The translations under genes and the position numbers were made by a program. Shown one piece after another: positions 27,022 to 38,310 of a stretch of 38,310 nt of DNA. A model generated the notes under the pieces. That model had not been told where the DNA came from. It searched no databases and saw only the letters and a program-made list of their open reading frames with translations. The DNA lies in NCBI GenBank assembly GCA_008636045.1, contig SNRW01000033.1:1-38310 (forward strand), in the 5' to 3' direction. Position 1 is the stretch's first letter; every line of letters begins with the position of its first letter. The stretch is from Streblomastix strix (lineage: Eukaryota).

Positions 27022-27571
27022 TATATATAAAATTAAAAAATATTAAATTGGAAGAAAGCAATTATTATTCTGAGTTAAAAATTTAAAAAGTACAATAATC
27101 AAATAAATTTCGTAAAAATTCATAATAAAAATTTTTAATTTTAAATAATTAAAAACTGATTCTGAAATTATTTAAATATATGCAATATTCAAAAAAATGT
27201 TTATCTTTTGAGGAATTTTACGAAAATTTGAAAAAAAATGCAATTAAAAATTATTTTTCATTGAAAATTCATTAATTAAAATATAAAAATTGTGAATGAA
27301 TGAAAAATTATGAAAAAATTATAATATTCTTTTTTTGAGGACAGGCGTTTGTTAAATATTACGCTTAAATAAATTTTATTGTGAAATTTGTTTAAAGATT
27401 TTTAATTTTATATATTCTATATTGATTTATTATTGTTGTTTTCAACTATTACAAAAAAAATCTATCAGATTTTATTTAAATAAATAAATAAGAATTTTTG
27501 ATCACTTCGAGGACAAATTTCAAAGAAATAATCGAAAACTTCATTCACTTTCTAAGATATAACATGAATTA

Positions 27572-27855
27572 TTAAATATGTACAAACTAAATTCAATGAA
27601 CTAAAAAATAGTCACATTTGCATTAAAAATATAAAATAAATAAAATTTAAAAAATTTAAATATTTAAATTTAATTATCAAAATTATTTTTATATTAATTT
27701 TTTTTTGATAAAATAAATGTTAGTATGATTTAAATCAATATTTAATTATTCCAAATTTAAATTCTTAAAGATTGTAAACTTTTAAGTGAAATTTTGACAT
27801 TTAAATCAAAGTAATTTAAAATTTTTCTTTACTTTCTTGATTGTCTTACTCTGAA
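27572..27855. repeat. Copy C (short) of the locally repeated segment
   Basis: TTAAATATGTACAAACTAA...CACATTTGCAYTAAAAATAYAAAATAAATAAAATTTAAAAAATTTAAATATTTAAA matches 22857 onward. AAAGATTGTAAACTTT matches 26031 onward. Confidence 0.85.
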
Positions 27856-28080
27856 TGAAAACTTTCATGCACTTCCTGTTTTGTATATTAATTATAAAAC
27901 AAATATAAAATGAAATGTTTTTTGATTAGAAACAAAATTTTATTATGGTAACGAGTAGTTAATACGACTATTTTGCTTAAATCCTTAAAAAATAAAAAAA
28001 AACTAAAAAAAGCTAAATCACACGAATATTTAGAAATTAAAAAAAAATGAATATTTAACTAACCTCTGATGTTTTTTTGC

Positions 28081-28109
28081 ATGTGCTCTCCCCTCGTAGA
28101 GGGGCACAT
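28081..28109. other. Isolated GC-rich hairpin
   Basis: ATGTGC-TCTC-CCCTC-GTA-GAGGG-GCACAT forms an 11-bp bulged stem in strongly AT-rich flanks. Confidence 0.7.
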
Positions 28110-28379
28110 TCTAAAACACAACGAAAGCAAATACAAATCCGTTCTATGGAAATTATTCATTTAGAAGGATTGAGTCCTAATTATTAGGTTAAATTTTGAA
28201 TTTTTAGCATTACGTACTCATAAATTTTTTTTAAATTTATTATTCATTTAGTTAATTGTTATATTACTATAAATGCAAAAATTTATATGAAAGATTCGAA
28301 CTTTAATTTTGCATCTGTGGAAGAAACAAGAATTATTGTTAAAAAAACCACTTGGAAAATCTGAAACCATCAACACAAA

Positions 28380-28780
28380 TTGTTGAAAATCTATTTCTTG
28401 ATAAGCACAATCGTCGATAAAGTATTGTTAATTGGCAGGTTATGTCTCATAACGGGGCATAGAGAGCATTTGAGAACATTCGTTCGGGGAGGGTGCAAAG
28501 ATAGAAAGATGGAAAACATATTTATAATTCCAAGAAAGAAAAATGAATTGTCAAACATATTAAAGAATCCTCTCGGTCTTACACCTTAGAGCAGTTCTTA
28601 AGTGTAAATGTCTCTAAACCATGCCCTAATATTGGACGAATATGATGCATCAACGCGATTGGCAACCATTCCACTTGAAGGTGAAAATGAAATAATGAGT
28701 AAATTTATAAATCTTCAACTAATAATAACGATTTAGTGTAAGTTATAATTCTTCATTTTTCAATTACTATAATAGATTGT
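28380..28780 (+). mobile_element. Second decayed copy of the putative transposase-related sequence (carries the empty site)
   Basis: LKNPLGLTPQSSSQVQMSLNHALILDEYDASTRLATIPLEGENEIMSKFIN aligns without gaps to LKNPLGFSFYRNSSMQISLNYILILNEYKASTQLAAISLDGENEIICQFIN of copy 1 once the insert is removed. Confidence 0.55.
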
Positions 28781-30072
28781 CCTTCTTTAAGGAATAAATG
28801 ATTTAGTGTTTCATTTGGTAATTTTTGTGTCATAAACTTAAATGCACTTCAGTAAATTTTAATCTATTGGAATTGATAAAAATTGCCCATTTAAAATTAT
28901 TAAATTTTCTCAATAATATTAAATTTTAAAAAATATTAAATTAATCGATAAGTTTAATTTGTTAACTATTATATATAAAAAATTAAAATAATTATTATAG
29001 AATTTCTATTTTTAATTTGTCACATCTATTATTATCAATATTTTTTGAAATTTAAGAATTATTATTTAAGTTTTAGCATTATTATACTTACTTATTCCTT
29101 GATAATTCATATTTCAACTCCAATGCTTAATTTTACTCTTATTTTTTTCTATTTCTTACTCCTCATCTAACTGTTACATTATTTTTTAGTAAAATTCTTT
29201 CAAATTCATTCAATTTATATTTCATTTTCGATGTAAGTATCATTTTTTAAAATCATGCCTTATTCTGATTGAGACAGTTATGATCCGACGAAAATCAACA
29301 CAATTTCAACTATTTAGAGGAGAATGATTAAACAGTTTTCAAATGTTTGTAGAGTTTTTATTTTTCAAAAAGATATATTTTCACAAAGTTTTGATATTAC
29401 ATCAAATATGCAATTAATATTTCAATTAAAAAAATTAGATTTTTCCTTTTCTTTCAGCCTACATCTGATATATTGCAGTAGCACTTATGTATTTACTTAA
29501 TACATACCAAGGATTCATCAGAGTCCTTGAATTTTTTACACTTATGGAATTTGAAACTCGTCATCCATTTTGTCTATAAGAAAAAAAGAAATAAGGAAAA
29601 AAATTTGATTTTTTTTATTGAATATTTGATAATTAATCACAAATAACAAATTAAAATAAAGATTTCAGTCCAAATTCAAATTAATAACTGAACAATATAT
29701 ATTTATTATTTTCTCCGAATTCGCATTTTTCAAAGCGTCTATCAAAACAATTTCTGTTTAATGAAATAAATTATTAATAAATTTTATTTTAATGTTAATT
29801 TCATATTTCATAAATAATAATACAAAATATTTAATGAAATAAAACTACCAAAAATTAAAATCGAAATACTGCATCAAACTCAATTTTAATTAAAAATATA
29901 ATTGTTTAAACGGCATGGATTTATTCATTTCCGCAAATTTTAAATAGTTTAATATAAGATTATTCCTTTTTTAGTTTAAGAAGAAACATAATATCAAAAT
30001 TTTCTTCTAAAAGTCATATTAGCCCTAATTTTTTTGTTTTTATCTTATTTGTTTTTGCACTTTTAGTTATAA

Positions 30073-31879
30073 ATGGCATTTTCAACACTTACTGATGGGA
30101 CTAAAATCCCATCACTTGGATTCGGCACTTTCTTATCAAAACCTGGCGAAGTTGCACAGTTTGTCATATCGCATTCTTGATTTTATTATATATAATTTGT
30201 TTCTATCCAGAGCTGTTAAAGTTGCTCTTGAGACTGGCTATCGTCATTTTGACTTCGCATCGGCATATTAGAACCAGAAAGAAATCGGCGTTGCTTTAAA
30301 AGAAGTGTTTGCACAAGGAAAAATCAAACGCGAAGACCTATGGCTGACATCCAAAGTTTGAATTTATCATTAATTTTTACCGATTCAAATTATTTTTACT
30401 TGTTCTATCCAAGTTGTTTAACAACGACCACCATGCTGAAGTAGTCTTGCCTTCGCTTCAATAAACACTCACTGATTTGCAAGTTTCATTTTTGGACTTG
30501 TATTTGATACACTGGCCTATTTGGTCTGTGAATTTTGTTAATTAGGAGATTATTGAATAATAAATTGCACTACTATTGAAATATACTAAATTTTTATTGT
30601 TTATTTATTCTTATTTATAATATTTTTGTATTTACTATAATAATTAATACCATTTATTTAGTGATGTTTCAGATCCAAATCCAGTTCCAGTCATTGAAAC
30701 ATGGAGAGAAGTTTGATTGAATAATTAACATATTATATTTATTATGTATATTTACTACTTATTTAATTTAGTTGGAGAAAGCTAAAGAAGCTGGTCTTGT
30801 GAAGCACATAGGTGTTTCTAACTTCAATGTGCAGATACTGAATGACCTCTATTCAGCTTCTAAGATTAAGCCAGAAGTGAATCAGGTAGTTATATAGAAT
30901 TATTATTATACTATTTCTATATAAATAAGTTCAATATTTCATTAACAATTTGTAATTATAGTGTTACTTATTTTATTACTTAATTAATGAATTTAATAAT
31001 AAGTTAATAATTTTTGTAAATATTTATTATTAATTAATTAATTAATTATTCACATTTACATTATATAATTCAGGTTGAGCTCCATCCATACCTTCAACAG
31101 ACAAGATTGATTGATTTCTGCAGAAAGAAAGGAATTCATGTTTGATAAATTTTCATAGATAATAAACAATTCAATTAACATTTATATTAATTATCTTAAA
31201 TATTTATTATCAATTAATATTAGAATTATATTGTTCATTTATTATTGTCAATTAACATTTATATTATATTATATTATTCATTAATTATTATCGATTTACA
31301 TTTAAATTATATTATATTATTCATTCATTTATTAATTAATAACAAAGGTTACAGCATGGTCACCTCTAATGCGTGTTGGAACAGGTCAGGAATTGGATCC
31401 ACTGAAAGATGTTGTTCTCCAGAAAATTGCTGCTAAGCACAAGAAGACAATTACATAGGCATTTACTTATAAATTTTGTATAATCTGTTAATTATTTGAT
31501 TAGTTTGAATTTTGAATTATTAATTTTTAAATTGTTATTAATATTATTTTTTTTATATATTAAATAATTTTAAGATCCTGGTTCGTTGGGGATTTCAGCG
31601 CGATCCAAATGTCTCAGTGATACCAAAGTCAGTAACGCCTGCTCGCATTAGGGTATAATAATTGAAGTAAATATAATATATTTAAAAATTTCACAAAATT
31701 TTCACAAAATTAATTAATTATAATATTTTCATATTTCCTTACTTTTTTTTGAATAGGAAAACTTCAACGTCTTTGATTTCTAACTCGACAAATAAGACTT
31801 GGAAGATATCGCTAAACTTGACAGGCACCAGCGCCTATCTGACATATCCAAGATCTTCGGAATACCTGTGTTTGATTGA
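30073..31879 (+). CDS. Aldo-keto reductase (NADPH-dependent, AKR1-5-like), 293 aa, 9 exons
   Basis: Exons 30073-30158, 30211-30355, 30414-30523, 30662-30710, 30772-30885, 31074-31139, 31348-31458, 31575-31652 and 31757-31879. Motifs IPSLGFGTF, GYRHFDFASAY, LWLTSKL, LDLYLIHWP, GLVKHIGVSNF, NQVELHPY, AWSPL and IPKSVTPARIRENF are present, as is the Asp-Tyr-Lys-His tetrad. Confidence 0.96.
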
Positions 31880-32574
31880 AATTTCCTGTATTTGACTGAA
31901 GTTGCCTGTATAGGTGAGTTTAGATATATGTCATTTACTTTGAATTAGTCATTTTTCATGAAAATTCAATTAAATTCATTCGAATTATCTATATCTAAAT
32001 ATCAAAATATTAACATTAGCAAATGATTACAAAGCAATACAATAAAAAATCAAAACAAGTTTTATACACGTCTTGTTTATGCTTTATTTTAGATTTGGAT
32101 AAATTATTTACCAGCATAAAAATTATTTTAATATTTTCTCAGTATTATCATATTTTAAACTAAGAGACAAATAGATATCTGTATCTCGATAAATATTGTT
32201 AGAAAATATATTTATTCAATAATTATGATTAATTTTCAATATTTCCAACTTTGATTATTATAATTATCAAATTATTATTAAATATCATACTTAAAAATTC
32301 AATTTTAAAATTATTAAATCATAAAACCAACGATACTCTTGGCACGATATAAGATCTTTGCTATAAAATAATAATTTTCTTTTAAATATATTTTTTGAAT
32401 ACATTTTCCTACAATTTTACAAATTGAATCATTTGATTCCTTTTCAAGGCACAAATTCAATTTTTTTCCAAATAACTTCTGAAATTCTCCATCAATTTTA
32501 AATAATCATCCTATTTATTTAACCATTTTTGAATAATATTATAAAATTCATATTTATTTTTCTGATTAGATAAT

Positions 32575-35500
32575 ATGACGCACAACGGAGTCTTCATAAC
32601 AAACCAAGATGTTGATTCTGAATTGACAGAATAATTGAGAAATTCACTTGATATTTACTCTTTGCGTTTAAATTCAATTTTTCACGACGAAAAGGATGAA
32701 TTAAACTTTCGTCCATAATATTCTGATGTTGAAGTATAAACATATTTTACATTTTCTGTACATTCATAAAATATTATTTTCTTTATATATAAAAGATTTA
32801 ATAATACTTTGAATGAAGCAAACAAACATTAAATGAATTTGCAGAATCTGCAATGGGTACATTTATAAGCATGATGCAGGACAGAAATAAAATGGCAGAA
32901 CTTGGCGTTGTATGATTTTATTAATTTTACATTTAATAGATCTTACTAATATTTTTTATTCAAAATTTTTTTTCTATTATTTTTTTTTCAATAATTTTAT
33001 TTATTTATTTACAAATAACAAACAATTTCTCCAATCTATTCCAATTCTTTCTCCACAAAGCTCACCACCGAAGAGAAGAAGCTCCTCGAACAGATCAACG
33101 AACTTTCCAAAGTGGAGCACCGCGCCACAAGCGAAAACTTACAACTCAAAGAAAGATCAGATAAATTACACCAGATGTTAAACTTGCAGAGAGCGCTCTA
33201 TTTAAAAGAGATAATCACACTCCGGGAACAGGTCAACCAGAAATCCAGGTACGCTGATGCTTATAAAGGCGATGAGGTTGGCGAATTCAATCCTGTTGAG
33301 TGGTTCAGGAAGATTGGAATCATTACTGATGAAGAAGAAGATATGGCAACATTGCAACGAAAGGTGGCAATTGCACTTAATAACATTGAGTAAAATTTTT
33401 CAGATGAGAAGAGAAAACTGGAGAGTAATATGTCTATGCTAAAATAAGAGAAATCGGCATAGATCAACTAACTCCAGCATCGGATACTTGAGAAGGATGA
33501 TGAGCTTCTCAAGAAATAAACCCAAAATGACATCCTATAATAATAAATAGAAGATTATAACAAACAATCACAGAATCAGATAAAGCAGATTCCAGGTGAC
33601 ATGCTCACAGTTGTTGAAGCGCGTAAATTAGTAGAAGCTGAGAAATAAAGGGCTTCAGACCTGATAAACAAGACCATCACTGATATGAACAGAGCCAATG
33701 AATTATTGAAAGAAAGAGAAAAAGAAATTAGTTAGTTGAAGTACGAGAACAAAGATCTGAAAGACGTTTTCACCAAAGAAGCTACTGATCACAGCGAGAC
33801 TAAACAGGAAGTACAATTTGCAGAGAACGAAGTTGCCAGATTGAAGAAGGAACTGATTAATTCAGATAAGGATAAAAGAGAACAAACTTATCAACAGTAG
33901 AAGTTGAAGAAAAGATTGGAAGAAATGGGCTTTGATATCAACGATGAAGGACTTCCAATTGGGTCAACAGAAGAAGCGAAGTAACTCAGAAGGGAATTGC
34001 TCAGCTTAAGAGCACTTGCAAACACAAATAGAAGACAATCTCAACAAGTTGGTGATGGTGGGTGGGGAGAGAAGATCCACAATTCAAGCTCAGTTAACTC
34101 AATTGACACACAAGATTCAGGATCAGGGCAGGATTCGAGGTTTAATTCACTCAGGGCTGGAAAGATAAGATCATCGAATACGTATAGAGGGAATAATACT
34201 CGTAGTTAGAGGGATAGAAGTGGACTCGGCTTTAACAGAGAAGATGAAGGATCAGATTTGGATTAAGATTAAGATATTTAAAAGTAAGATAGTAATATGG
34301 ACAAAAGTCTGAAATAGAGTATGCTTATGAAATAGCCGCATGATCTGCTGGCTGAATATGATCCGAGTGACCTTCATTATACACCGAAATATTAGCATGC
34401 GAAAAAATTTGAAGCTATTGAGGAGTTGTATTAGAAAAAATAAACACCAGTAATTCTAGCATCATCATCTTCTTCATCTTCATCTTCTTCAATAAATACT
34501 CCGCAAAATTAGAATGATCAATTAAATGTTAGTATGAAGCCTTTAGATTAATCCCAGACTTAATAATCCAATTTAGAAATATAATAGCAATAAAAGAAAT
34601 TAATTGAATAGTTACAACTGTAATTACAATGACATTAATAAAAGAATGATTAATAACCATAAAATGGATAAGTTGAATAAAACGTATAATAATAAGAATC
34701 AGAAAAATCAGAAAGACAGAAAAAATAATAATAGAAAATAAGACAGTAAAAGGATCTTCAAAAACAAATAGATGAAGAACAAGAACAATCTCATAAACAA
34801 TTGTTGCAATTGCAGAAACAACTTCTTTCTCAATCAAAGTCTTCTAATAATATAGTTGAAATCCCATCTGCAAGACATGAGAAAGTTCAAAGAGCCACAT
34901 CTTAGAGATAAATAAAAAGAAATCAGTCTGCAAATCTAATAGTATAACCATATATTGACGATGATATATCTAAATCTGTGAATTCTTTTAAAACTCTTGA
35001 TAATTTTTTGATTGAAAAGTTTGTTTTTAATATATTGAAATATGATTTATAATTATAGTTATTTATAATTTGCTTTTTACAAGCATTCTTTTTATATATT
35101 TATTATATTAATAAATTTATATTTTTTATATATTTATTCAATATTATTCCTCCCTCCCAGAAAACATGGTGGCACAGGTGTTCTGAGTGCGAAATCAACC
35201 CGAGTCAGCGACAGGATTCAACTTCTGAAGAAGAAACAAGATGGAACAATTGATGCAAAAGATTTTAAAAAACTGTCAAATATAATCGCCAATAAAAACG
35301 AAGAGAAAGAGATCAGTAATTTAGTGAGGCATTTCTCTAAGAACAATTTGGATCTGAATATGGTTTTAATGAACTAGAATTAGAATTAGAGGGCGAATTA
35401 ATAGAGAAATAAAGAGATTGATGGATAAATATAGAACTTTGATTATGGATATAACAAACACAGTTAAAAAGATTCTAAGATAAACAAAAACAAAATGAAA

Positions 35501-38310
35501 AAATCAAACAAAAGATATAATGATGATGATAATTATGATGATAATGACAACTACGAGAATACTTTCAAAGACAGCAATGATGAGAGAGGTAGTTATGTAA
35601 GTGAACATTCATTAGGGTATCAGCAATCTCAAATTTTGAGATAAAATCTGAAGAAAATTGCAAATAAAGAAAAGAGGAGGAGTATTATTATGTAATAATA
35701 AGGATTATAGAGACTTTAACTTTAGAAATTGAAGCTGTAGAAAAGAAGGCAGGAATAAAAGTTGAAGATGTAGTAATAATAATAAAGGTAATAGATGATT
35801 GATGCAGGAAAGATTAATGTTAATGATCCATAATGGAAATTAGATAATTAGAATGTTGATGATGCATTAAATATTAATAATGATTAATGGATGAAGGAAA
35901 TGGAATAGAAATTGATGGATGAAGAAGAATTGATGGTATGATGATATGAACTCAATTAGATTAGATTAATTAGAAAATATATATATTTGAAACATAAAAA
36001 CTTATATTAATTTTCTTTTTTTAATTTATCATCTCCAATATATTAAAAATTAAATACAAAATATTTTCTTATTTATTTGCTTATTATTCATTAATACATC
36101 TCAGTTAGGTCTAGAAGAGTTTGAGCGCATTGAAAGGGAAGAAATGATGAAGTCGATGGATTCAGATGAAAGAGATCGTGAAATTGAAAGAGAAAGAAGA
36201 AGATAAAGATAAAAAGAGAAGGAATCACCTTTTGTATGATTATTTATGAATTGAATTATATTGGATTGGATGGATTGAATGAATGAATTATTAATATTTG
36301 TGTTGTTAAATAATCGATTATTATTATTAAAGAAATAATATTAATGAATTATATTGGATGGATGAATTAATATTTATTTAACTTTTAATTTATTTTTTAA
36401 TTTATTTTAATAATTTTCTGTATTTATACTAAATTTACAGAAACGATCGCCCAGAGAAGTTGCAAATTTGTATGATTAAATGAGGAGATAAAAAATGGGG
36501 TTTGAATAATAGAATTAAAACGAAGATAAATAGTTACTTATTATATTATTATATAGTTTATTTGTTTAATGTTTTTAATTACAATTTTTATCTATTAAAT
36601 ATTCATTACTAATTAATTCTATATATTTTTATTCTAATTGTATATTTAAATTAGGTCTAATTAACCAATAGTTGAAGATGAGTCAAAATTGAGCGAATCT
36701 GAAAGAAAAAGAAGATAAAAAGAAAAAGAATTAGTAGAGAGGTTATCTACTATTTATTTATACAATTAAAATCAAAATTAGATTCATTCTTTTATTTAAC
36801 ATGTAATTAATAATCATTTATTTTATATTAAATATTTTTATTATACATTATTATTAGACTTGCAAATAAGAGCGCAGAAACATTGATGAAAATGCAGTAG
36901 CTCAAATCATAAGTTATTGGACAGAGAAAGTATATAAATAAATTAATTATTAAATATATACAAATACTTTTATTTATTTTTTTTATAAATCTCATTTATC
37001 ATATATATCTAGAAAATAACTAGAGAAAGTCCTTGCAGCTATGCAGCGTCTGATTTTCTCAACTGAAAATGACGATTATGAAGATTTTGAAGATGATGAT
37101 GATGAAGACTTATTTGATGATGATTAATATAATTAATACGACAATGAATAAAGCTAAGAAGAAGATCAACAGTTACAGCAACAAGATTACATAAACCAAT
37201 TTAAAAGCCTTAAAGACCGCATCACTGATTTGTACGGTGCTGAAGATGCACAAGTGTTGAAACGTAGGAGAATAAGTAAGGAATAATAAGGATCATTTGG
37301 AGAATACGAGGGAATTCAAGGGAAAAAGATCGATAGGAGAAATTAAAGCATGAAAAATAAGTAATAATAGTAATTAGATAATATTAATAATAAATAAAGA
37401 AATAAAGATGATTAAATAACTCCTTAAAGTTCTGAATAATAATTTGATAAATTGAATAAAACTAATTAGATTCAAAGCACACAAAAATTGCCAACATCAT
37501 CGCAAAGCTAACTTCCGGTTCACAAAACAAAACAATTGTATGTTCCATCTGCAACACTCAACGTTTCCCGTAAGAAAAGAAATGTAATATAAAGTGCTGA
37601 ATAAGATCCTAACATCAGTGAATATGACTACGATAAAAATTTTGATGAAATCAGTGTCAGTAATGAAAGTATGATTAGTGATGATGATTCGTATATAAAG
37701 AGATATAAAAGAAGAAAGTAAAGAAGGAAAGAAAAGAAAAGATTGAAAAAAGAATAAGAATAAGAAGAAGAAAAGAAATAAATGGAGTTGTAATAAAGAT
37801 AAAATTAATTGAATGAATTATAATAATAATAGTAATAATAATAGTAATAATAATAAGACTAAAAGCTCAGTATTGAAATAGATAACACAGAATAAGAATA
37901 AAAAGATAAACAACAATAAGAAGAATAATAATAATAAGAATAATAACAAAGCCAATAGTAACAAATCAATCCCGATTTAGCAAAATCCACATAATAATAA
38001 ACAGCAGCAGACAGAAGATATGAAGAAATGCTTAAGAGATAGAGAGATTTAATGAAAGCAAAATAGGATCAGATAAAAGAAGCGAAGAAATAGAAAAGAA
38101 AGGAGAGAAGAAAAGCTATGATTGAAAAAAGGAGAAGAAAGAAAGAAAGAAAATAATAATAGAAATATGAATCATAGAATAAAGATGGGTAAGAAAAAGG
38201 ATAAGGAAAAGAGTAAAAAGAATAAAATGGGACTGATTCAGACTCAATATCGACTTTAGATTACGATTCATCACTTTTCAGCAGTGATATAGATACAGAT
38301 GAAGACATAT
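32575..38310 (+). CDS. Large coiled-coil, Gln/Asn/Glu-rich protein of unknown function, 3'-partial, with internal TGA codon(s)
   Basis: Introns at 32734-32795, 32910-33060, 35019-35160, 35936-36104, 36234-36440, 36533-36654, 36742-36857 and 36930-37012 join consistent frames (QRALYLKEIITLREQVNQK; LVERLANKSAETLMKMQQLKSQVIGQRKKQLEKVLAAMQRLIF). In-frame TGA at 32814 (exon 1-2 junction ambiguous) and 34630. Otherwise open to the window end. Confidence 0.8.
37821..37856 (+). repeat. Poly-Gln tract of 12 consecutive TAA/TAG codons
   Basis: (TAA)3 TAG (TAA)3 TAG (TAA)4 lies in the reading frame of the last exon. Confidence 0.85.

Noticed and set aside
36250..36375. Short duplicated TGAATTATATTGGAT/GGAT/GAAT motifs in an intron
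   Set aside because: An ordinary slippage-type microduplication with no recognisable snoRNA boxes or structure.
1..38310. tRNA, rRNA or prokaryotic operon and defence systems
   Set aside because: No cloverleaf or rRNA-like sequence was recognised by eye, and introns and the genetic code indicate a eukaryotic nuclear locus.

Overview
AT-rich eukaryotic (protist) nuclear DNA with spliceosomal introns and a non-standard genetic code in which TAA/TAG encode Gln and TGA is the stop. The supplied standard-code ORF track therefore fragments or misses the real genes. The code, intron style and gene families suggest an oxymonad such as Streblomastix (inference; a ciliate is not formally excluded). 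Re-translation gives six gene models: (1) a minus-strand helical-repeat gene, probably 5'-truncated inside an RRM (667-2655); (2) a disrupted type-I surface-protein fragment (about 2700-3763); (3) an RRM plus ARM-like repeat gene with a frameshift and an internal TGA (4548-8990); (4) a giant, about 3625-aa, N-terminally anchored protein resembling a bridge-like lipid transfer protein (10031-21170); (5) an intact 9-exon aldo-keto reductase with a GC-AG intron (30073-31879); (6) a long coiled-coil, Gln-rich gene running off the window end with internal TGA codons (32575-38310). Between genes 4 and 5 lies about 9 kb of decayed sequence: a triplicated segment, helical-repeat pseudogenes, hAT-like transposase remnants and a 748-bp insertion with an ATAT target-site duplication. 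The most interesting signals are the GTWTGA splice donors that place the only stop codon in frame in phase-0 introns, the recurrent internal TGA codons, the RRM-ARM family and the giant BLTP-like gene. All translations and counts were done by hand.
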